Positions 54,119-60,122 of a stretch of 60,122 bases of DNA are shown here, piece by piece. A program made the position numbers and the translations under genes. Within the stretch, counting starts at the first letter, position 1; each line of letters begins with the position of its first letter. The notes under the pieces were generated by a model. That model worked only from the letters and a program-made list of their open reading frames with translations, was not told where the DNA came from and searched no databases. Source of the stretch: a virus (Duplodnaviria > Caudoviricetes); IMG/VR virus record IMGVR_UViG_3300046718_000378, positions 1 through 60,122 of that record. The stretch is one strand, 5' to 3'.

Positions 54119-54298
54119 TTAGCACGGGCGCCAGCAGCCGAACGCCGGTGGCGACTGGCGCACGATCTGGATGGCCGTGCAGCCTTCGTTGGACCGTCTC
54201 ACGAAGGTCCACTGGGCGTCACGGAAGTCCATGAACGGGCCGTCCTTGGCCGTGTTGCCTGCCGTGTCGGTGTACTGGACCCACATGGGAACGCGCAT
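54119..54298 (-). CDS. Small hypothetical protein
   Basis: 59 aa; TGTCAAGCT 5 nt before ATG. Confidence 0.5.
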   Translation of the reverse strand: MRVPMWVQYTDTAGNTAKDGPFMDFRDAQWTFVRRSNEGCTAIQIVRQSPPAFGCWRPC

Positions 54299-54341
54299 GC
54301 CACAGCTTGACATGGCGCCCTGTTCCACGAGACCATGGGGC

Positions 54342-54812
54342 ATGGCATGGCAGAACCTGGCAGAGGAAATAGGCGAGCTATTTACGGTCGACGCTACCGA
54401 GCGCACGGTCATAGCGGGGCTGGCCCGCAAGTCGTTCAGCGTCATGCGCAGGGTTGGGCGCAAGGAGCGTGAGGCCCGCACGGCGCGCGACGCAGCCCGC
54501 GACAACGCTTACCGCACCGCGTACTGGGCAGCCAACCCCGACAAGTGGCGCGCGACCTTGGACCGCGACAACGCCGGCAAACGCCGCAGGCGCGCGGCCC
54601 GCGGGCTGAAGAAGAACAAGCCGGCACCGATGACGCCCAAACAGGTAGCGTTCGCCGTCGCCAGCGAGCTACCCATCTGGCACGTGGCCAGCATTTTGAA
54701 GGTCACCAAGCACGCGGTGATGTACCACCGCCGCAAGGCTGGCCTACTCAGCTCACAGGGACAGGGTGCCCGTGATGCTGACGTAGTGGATCGCGCCGCC
54801 GAGCGTGGCTGA
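54342..54812 (+). CDS. Basic protein with C-terminal HTH
   Basis: WHVASILKVTKHAVMYHRR; GACCAT 5 nt before ATG. Confidence 0.55.
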   Translation: MAWQNLAEEIGELFTVDATERTVIAGLARKSFSVMRRVGRKEREARTARDAARDNAYRTAYWAANPDKWRATLDRDNAGKRRRRAARGLKKNKPAPMTPKQVAFAVASELPIWHVASILKVTKHAVMYHRRKAGLLSSQGQGARDADVVDRAAERG

Positions 54813-56066
54813 GAAGCGCACACCGGTCAGGCGGCGGGCGGCCTTGTCGGCCTGCGAAATGGCCGACAGCTCGGGCATGAGCACCACGGACGAGTTGGGC
54901 ACCAGCAGCGCCTGCTCGCCCTCGAAGCGCTTGAGCGCCCCCAGGATGGCGTTGGCTACGAGGTCGAGGCCGCCAGCCGTGAACGGCACCTTGGCGCTGT
55001 TGGCCAGGAGACCGAACACGGACTCTTGGATGTCGGCTTCCAGGGCGTCGATGCCGTGGATGATGTCAATGAACTCGCCCGACGTGACCACGCCCTGGCG
55101 CGTGATGTTGTAGCCCTTGACCGTCTGGTAGTGGTTGACCGAGTCGGCTTCCAGGGCGGCCTTCTGCGTGGCCGTTAGCGCCTTCGGGGTGACTCCCGAC
55201 AGGGACTTCATGGCCCAGGTGATGGAGCCCGGCTCTGCCGGTGCGCCAACGCCCACCCACGCCATCGCCGCGCACTCGCTGGGGTTCTTTGCCCAGATGA
55301 TGACGGTGCGGTCGCGGCCCAGGGCAAGCAGGTCGGAACCCATCGTGCTGGTGCCGTCGAGCACTGCCGAGGAGTTGGTGGTCACGAAGTACAGCTTCTT
55401 CTGGGTCTCGGTCCAGGCGGACACTAGGTCCACGTTGGTTTCGCTGGCGGAGTCCGTGGTCACGAAGTACCAGTCGTCGTTCTCCAGCTGGAGCGCCGTG
55501 AGCTCGTCGTCGTAGCCGGCGTCCGCCGTGGTCTCTTCGAGCGTGCAGTTCTCCAGGTCGTACATCACAACGGGCTTGCCGGCCGTGGTGGGGGTCACGG
55601 TGATGGTGGACGAGAACGCGACTGAGTCAACGCCCGCAACGGCCTCGATCAAGGCCTCCACTGCCGCGGCGACCGACGACAAGGACTGCGCTGCCGGGAT
55701 CGTGTAGTCAACGGCGGTGACGGCGCCGCTCGTGGGCGACATGACGCTAACCTTGACGTGGTTGCCTCCGGTCGAAGACGTGATGGCAAGCGTGTGGGTG
55801 AAGGCCGGGGCTGCGGGCAAACGGCCGACCACGATGGACGCGGGCGCGGGGTTCTGGCTGAACGCTGCGCGGGCGGCCTGGTAGGCGCGGTCGGTCGCCA
55901 CGAAGCCGTCCGATGACATGCCCGCAAGGTCCGTGTACAGCCGGTACCGCTCCGCGAAATGCGTGTGGTACGTGAGGCTGAGGGGCGTCCCGAAGCCGGT
56001 GCGGCTGGGGGTCGTGGTGTTTGCCGTGATGTTTACGGCGACAACGCTGTCGATATCTGATGCCAC
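54753..56066 (-). CDS. Tail sheath protein (DUF3383-like)
   Basis: GFGTPL, FSQNPAP, PGSITWAMK.L.GV, GEFID.IHG.D, KVPFT..G. Confidence 0.92.
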   Translation of the reverse strand: MASDIDSVVAVNITANTTTPSRTGFGTPLSLTYHTHFAERYRLYTDLAGMSSDGFVATDRAYQAARAAFSQNPAPASIVVGRLPAAPAFTHTLAITSSTGGNHVKVSVMSPTSGAVTAVDYTIPAAQSLSSVAAAVEALIEAVAGVDSVAFSSTITVTPTTAGKPVVMYDLENCTLEETTADAGYDDELTALQLENDDWYFVTTDSASETNVDLVSAWTETQKKLYFVTTNSSAVLDGTSTMGSDLLALGRDRTVIIWAKNPSECAAMAWVGVGAPAEPGSITWAMKSLSGVTPKALTATQKAALEADSVNHYQTVKGYNITRQGVVTSGEFIDIIHGIDALEADIQESVFGLLANSAKVPFTAGGLDLVANAILGALKRFEGEQALLVPNSSVVLMPELSAISQADKAARRLTGVRFSATLGGAIHYVSITGTLSL

Positions 56067-56121
56067 GGCAAAACCTCTGGAGGTAGTTGTTCTCCCTCCA
56101 GGTTAGCACGCAGGCGCTTTG

Positions 56122-56742
56122 CTACTCCGTGACCACGTCGAAGCTGGCGCGCTCCAAATCCTCGTCGTCTACGCCGGTTCCGTGGGCTTCGGCAATCCAG
56201 TTGCCGGGGCCGTCCTCGTCCACGTCTTCCTCGGTAGTGCCAAAACGCAGGTCAACGACGCTGGCCGAGATGACCCGCCCCTCGGACACATAGTCCGCGT
56301 CCGTGGTGCTAGCGATGTCCACGAAGGCCACGTCGTAAGCCTGGAGGATCTCCAAGATATCGTCGCACTGGATGCGCGTGCGCAGGCGCCCGGTGACGGT
56401 GCCCGCGGATGCGTCTGCGGGGTCCTGGGAGTCAACCTCCACCAGCACAGACACCGTGAACACGACCGAGCGCCCGTAGGTGGGGCGCAGCGTGGACAAG
56501 GCAGCCGTGCCCCCGTCCGTGTACGTGTAGCGGCGCTCTACCTGGCCCTTGGTGCGGATGGCGCCCAGGCGTAGGTCGGCGGTCGGTCCACCTTGGGACC
56601 AGCGGTTCGCCGAGTCCCTGCCGTTCCACTCCACGCGCTTGTACGTGCGCTTGCCGCCAATGGTGGCGGCGTCAGGCAGCTTGAGCGCGCCCGCGATGGC
56701 TAGCCGGACGGCTTCTTGTTTCTCTGCCCACGTGCTCGCCAT
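56122..56742 (-). CDS. Neck/tail terminator protein
   Basis: Directly upstream of sheath; 206 aa. Confidence 0.6.
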   Translation of the reverse strand: MASTWAEKQEAVRLAIAGALKLPDAATIGGKRTYKRVEWNGRDSANRWSQGGPTADLRLGAIRTKGQVERRYTYTDGGTAALSTLRPTYGRSVVFTVSVLVEVDSQDPADASAGTVTGRLRTRIQCDDILEILQAYDVAFVDIASTTDADYVSEGRVISASVVDLRFGTTEEDVDEDGPGNWIAEAHGTGVDDEDLERASFDVVTE

Positions 56743-56763
56743 CCTCAAGGATAGCGCGCCTGG

Positions 56764-57030
56764 TCATGCCACGAACGCGAGCAGGCAGTCTTCGGCCACC
56801 TCGATGCGGTCATCGTCCAGCCGGATCTTCTCGCCGTCCACCTTGAGCACCGGCACGGGGCGCTTGGTGGGCAGGGAGTCGAGCTCGCGGGTGTAGGACA
56901 GCTTGATGTCGCACACCTCGGTGTCGAGCAGGACGTGCAGCAGCTTCGGGAACCGCACCTCGTCTCCGGTATCGTCCCGGAGGTAGCGTTCGCCCGATGC
57001 GTCGTAGACCAGTTTTATAAATCGCTCCAT
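56764..57030 (-). CDS. Hypothetical protein
   Basis: 88 aa MERFIKLVYD...; TGCGAGCAT 6 nt before ATG. Confidence 0.6.
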   Translation of the reverse strand: MERFIKLVYDASGERYLRDDTGDEVRFPKLLHVLLDTEVCDIKLSYTRELDSLPTKRPVPVLKVDGEKIRLDDDRIEVAEDCLLAFVA

Positions 57031-57068
57031 GCCCAAATGCTCGCACGTCACGACGCCGAAGCACAAGC

Positions 57069-58070
57069 CTATTTGAAGAAGCCCGCGCGCCCGGTTCTGC
57101 CGCCCTTGCCCGAGTTGGTGAAGCCCCTGTTGCGGAAGTCGCCGCCCGACTTGCCTTTTCGCAGCATCATCTGGGCCTTGCGAAGCAGCCACAGCAGCAT
57201 GTTGGACTTCCGCGCGCGGCGGTAGTTGGCGCGCAAGGCCCTGGCCTTGCCGGGCTTCAGTCGCCGGAAGCCCTTGGGCAGCTTGGGGCCAAAGAACTTC
57301 GGCTTGCGGAACACCGGCCCGAACTGCTTGGGCTGCTTCGGCCCTTGCTGCGGCGCCTTGCGCTTGGAGTAGAAACCGCCGCCGTGCTCCTGGCGCAGCC
57401 GTGGGCCGATCAGGCGGCCACCGCGGCCCGGCGATTTTGCTGGCGGCTGCGGGCTGCCCACCACAGGCTGCGTGCCGGCCGGAGACGCCGACCCACCGCT
57501 GGTGGAGGGGAATCCACCAACCAAGGTCTTGGCGAACGCAGCGGGGCCACCAAGGGCCTCCTTGGCCTTGTTGCGCTCGGACGCGAACTTGCCGCCGACC
57601 CGGAGGTTGCGGGGCAGGTGCGCTACGTAGGTGATGCCCTTGGCCATCGTGCCGGTGTCGAACAGCGGCATGCCGGTACGATTGCGGTAGCCGGCCGACA
57701 GCGGGGGCGTAATCCGCCCGGTGTAGATATCGTCCCGGACTTCCTTGACCCACTTGTAGCCCAGCGCCTCGAACGCTTTCTTCCGGGACATGCGGCCTTC
57801 GGCCACCTCGATCAACATCGCCTTGGCCTCGGCAGCGAGCCGGACCTGGTTCTGGTCCATGAACCGCCCGAGCCATGAGCGCTGCGGCACGCCCAGCCCG
57901 AGCTCATGGATGGCGCCGATTTCGCCCACCGTCAGGTCGGACTCGGGGTGCTGCTCCAGCGCTTCCTTGCCTTGGATGCCGATAGTGAGCGCGCCGAGGC
58001 CGCCGAGCTCGGTCATCAACCGGGCGTAGCCTTTGTCCTTGTCGGTGACCTTGCCCTTGACGCGGATCAT
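57069..58070 (-). CDS. Neck/tail completion protein with basic C-terminal extension
   Basis: IHELG..VPQRSWL, PL.DTG.M. Confidence 0.75.
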   Translation of the reverse strand: MIRVKGKVTDKDKGYARLMTELGGLGALTIGIQGKEALEQHPESDLTVGEIGAIHELGLGVPQRSWLGRFMDQNQVRLAAEAKAMLIEVAEGRMSRKKAFEALGYKWVKEVRDDIYTGRITPPLSAGYRNRTGMPLFDTGTMAKGITYVAHLPRNLRVGGKFASERNKAKEALGGPAAFAKTLVGGFPSTSGGSASPAGTQPVVGSPQPPAKSPGRGGRLIGPRLRQEHGGGFYSKRKAPQQGPKQPKQFGPVFRKPKFFGPKLPKGFRRLKPGKARALRANYRRARKSNMLLWLLRKAQMMLRKGKSGGDFRNRGFTNSGKGGRTGRAGFFK

Positions 58071-58606
58071 GCCGCCGCCCTGGCAGGCGGGGCCGACAAG
58101 TACACCTCGTAAGGCTCGATGCGAAGCGTGGCCCGCTGGCGCTTCTCGTAGTGGCCGAGCCCTACGTTGCAGTGGTAGCAAAGCACGCCCCGAGCAAGCC
58201 CCGTTGTGTGGTCGTGGTCTGCGCAGGCGTTTGACCGCCCGTCTTTGAAAGCTCTAAATGCCTGCCGGCAAATGGCGCACACGTTGCCCTGCGCTATCAG
58301 CAGCTCCGCAACCTGCCCCTTGCGGAAGCCGCACTCCTTGCGCTGGCGTTCGCGGGCGGCGGGCTGGTTGCGCTTGTCCCGAGCACGCCTCTTGACGGGG
58401 TCACCTGGGCGGTGGGGCCTAGCTGCGTCGTACGCGCGCAGAGCGTCCAGGTTCTCCTGGCGGTATTTGGCATATCCGGCAGCGCATGCCTCGCGAAAGC
58501 CGGGGTCTGTGGCGTAGCGCTCCCGGCGCATGGTGTTAGAGCACGGAACGCAACGCCCTTTGCGCTCGCCGTCGTTCACGCAGCCTTCAGTGAGGCACTT
58601 CTTCAT
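58067..58606 (-). CDS. Endonuclease VII-family HNH endonuclease
   Basis: QGNVCAIC...DHDHTTGLARGVLCYHCNVGLG. Confidence 0.88.
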   Translation of the reverse strand: MKKCLTEGCVNDGERKGRCVPCSNTMRRERYATDPGFREACAAGYAKYRQENLDALRAYDAARPHRPGDPVKRRARDKRNQPAARERQRKECGFRKGQVAELLIAQGNVCAICRQAFRAFKDGRSNACADHDHTTGLARGVLCYHCNVGLGHYEKRQRATLRIEPYEVYLSAPPARAAA

Positions 58607-58953
58607 ACCAGGGAAGGTATCAGATGCCCCAGCACGAACGCAACCCCAACGAAGCCGAACACCCGGCGACCCATCGTAGCGGCGCGCTGGCGCATGCGGA
58701 GCCGGTACTCGTACTGCAGCCCCGCGCCCTCGCCGAGCCGCATCTTGCGCGCGAAGGGCGATTGCGACAGCAGCACGGCCGCCTGCAGCATGACCGCCGT
58801 CGTACACGCTGCGTCCGTGGGGTACACGTCGGCGTTGGTCGACTCGGCCGCCTCGTCCAAGGCAGCCTGCACCAGGGCCGTGTACTCCGCGGGAATCTCA
58901 CCAAACTCGGGGTATCGGTCGGTGAACGCAACGACGGTAGGAGCAACGGCCAT
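58603..58953 (-). CDS. Head-tail adaptor (DUF4054-like)
   Basis: F..RYPEF...LV..AL.EA; position. Confidence 0.75.
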   Translation of the reverse strand: MAVAPTVVAFTDRYPEFGEIPAEYTALVQAALDEAAESTNADVYPTDAACTTAVMLQAAVLLSQSPFARKMRLGEGAGLQYEYRLRMRQRAATMGRRVFGFVGVAFVLGHLIPSLV

Positions 58954-58964
58954 GCTCCAGTCTA

Positions 58965-59135
58965 TCACGCAGCTGCGGGCGTCTTTCCTTCTACCAGGTC
59001 GGCCAGGTTCTCGAAGAACTTGCCGTGGCAGTAGGTGCAGTCGTCAGGCGGGTTGACGCCAGCGAAGCACGTGCCGCAGTCCTCACACACCCAGTGGTGC
59101 TCCACCGGGGTGGTGTCTACCTTCGCCTTAGCCAC
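58965..59135 (-). CDS. Rubredoxin-like small metal-binding protein (56 aa)
   Basis: WVCEDCG...G..PP..CTYC; absent from ORF track. Confidence 0.7.
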   Translation of the reverse strand: MAKAKVDTTPVEHHWVCEDCGTCFAGVNPPDDCTYCHGKFFENLADLVEGKTPAAA

Positions 59136-59138
59136 GGG

Positions 59139-59654
59139 TCACTTCAGTCCGGCGAGGCGCGTAGAGATGTTGATCTTGAGCGTCGAGTCCTTGGTGGACT
59201 TGAGCCAGCGCTCCAGGGCAGCGCGCTCGGTGGTGACCGCGATGATGGCGTTCGCTGCATCGGCGCTCGCCGGCAGGGTCATGGGGGCGGGCGGGCCGTC
59301 TTCGCGACCGACTTGCGAGTCCTCGAACACCGTGATTTGCGGGCCGACCTTGGTGCCTTGGACCGTGATGATCGTCACGGGCGTCTGGAGCTGCGACAGG
59401 ATCTCCAGGCCGGGGTAGCGGTACAGCGGGGCGCCCTTCTTGTCCGCGCGCGGGCGGCCCATCTTGTCGCACATGACGCGCTTCTGGGCACGCAGGGCGT
59501 CCATGTAGACGTCGGGCACGCTGTTGAGCCCCGGCTGCAGGCGCACGCCGTTCGGGAAGTCGGTGAAGTCCCCGTCGTCGCCGGTCTCGATGCCGAGGAT
59601 GGGCGGGAGGTCGATGAAACGAGCGGTGTTGTTTTCGATCTTCTTGGTCGGCAT
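59139..59654 (-). CDS. Hypothetical, possibly virion protein
   Basis: 171 aa; SD AGGAG; head-neck position. Confidence 0.65.
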   Translation of the reverse strand: MPTKKIENNTARFIDLPPILGIETGDDGDFTDFPNGVRLQPGLNSVPDVYMDALRAQKRVMCDKMGRPRADKKGAPLYRYPGLEILSQLQTPVTIITVQGTKVGPQITVFEDSQVGREDGPPAPMTLPASADAANAIIAVTTERAALERWLKSTKDSTLKINISTRLAGLK

Positions 59655-59720
59655 GCGCTACTCCTGCGACGAACACCTTAGTTGTGTCCTGACGCCGCAC
59701 CATCCGCCACAGGAAACGTA

Positions 59721-60122
59721 CTAGAGCTTGGTCTTTCCTACGTCAGCGAACACACAACGGAACTCCTGGGAGCGGTCGTAGGTGCCGTCCACGTAGACTA
59801 TTGCGTTGGCGTGCGTGGGTGACGTGGCCTTGCCGCCAGCGCCGGGTACGAACCGCAGTCGGCGGTCTGGTACACACACCGCGAAGTCCAGCATGGACAG
59901 GTGGTCGCGGCCCTGGGTGAGCTGCAGCTGTTCGATGGAGTAGGCCACTACCACGGCGTGCTTGAGCAACCCGCGCTTGCGGTAGTCCATCAGCCGCGCC
60001 CAGAACTGTAGGGGCATGCCACGGCCGCCTGGCGGGTTCAGGAAGACCGAGAACGGCCCGCCGCCGTACGGCTCCCACGAGCACACCAGCCCGTTCTCTG
60101 ACGCCGTCAGGAAGCGCCTGGC
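59721..60122 (-). CDS. Dam-like methyltransferase, 3' part
   Basis: VFLNPPG...PDRRLRF...PTHANAIVY; continuous with 1-262 across the junction. Confidence 0.85.
   Translation of the reverse strand, partial: ARRFLTASENGLVCSWEPYGGGPFSVFLNPPGGRGMPLQFWARLMDYRKRGLLKHAVVVAYSIEQLQLTQGRDHLSMLDFAVCVPDRRLRFVPGAGGKATSPTHANAIVYVDGTYDRSQEFRCVFADVGKTKL
59996..60122. repeat. Terminal direct repeat, copy 2
   Basis: Identical to 1-127. Confidence 0.95.

Noticed and set aside
426-59703. Numerous long antisense or alternate-frame ORFs in the track (e.g. 426-1196, 7817-8575, 43703-44614, 59025-59681)
   Set aside because: Shadow ORFs expected in GC-rich DNA; Arg/Pro-rich, no motifs, overlapping well-supported genes

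Overview
The window is an apparently complete, circularly assembled, GC-rich dsDNA phage genome of 59,995 bp: bases 1-127 are repeated exactly at 59996-60122. It encodes a contractile-tailed (myovirus-type) virion. The minus strand carries packaging and head genes (terS, terL, portal, gpF-like, DUF2213 protease, decoration, capsid) that continue across the junction into neck, sheath, tube, tape measure, baseplate, fibre and lysis genes. The plus strand (23.5-41.9 kb) carries a full replication and nucleotide module: PrimPol-helicase, Cas4-like nuclease, SNF2 helicase, SSB, MazG, T5 A1-like phosphoesterase, GNAT, a PolA split into two genes, RuvC and ATP ligase. The 12.4-23.4 kb accessory region holds a small serine recombinase with a res-like site, an array of promoter-leader-ORF early cassettes, a ParB-like gene and four distinct intergenic repeat clusters. 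Most notable observations: (1) a phage SspB-like ClpXP adaptor lacking its ClpX-binding tail, alongside 12 mostly non-structural proteins ending in Ala-Ala (ssrA-like degrons), suggesting a phage-tuned proteolysis circuit; (2) an extended -10 motif 5-7 nt before the start codon of most late genes (leaderless), while high-copy virion genes keep SD leaders; (3) a holin-like/lipoprotein/matrixin fusion beside the endolysin; (4) a frameshifted multi-AP2 gene next to a GGGACAC repeat element. All family calls come from motif recognition by eye; no database searches were run.
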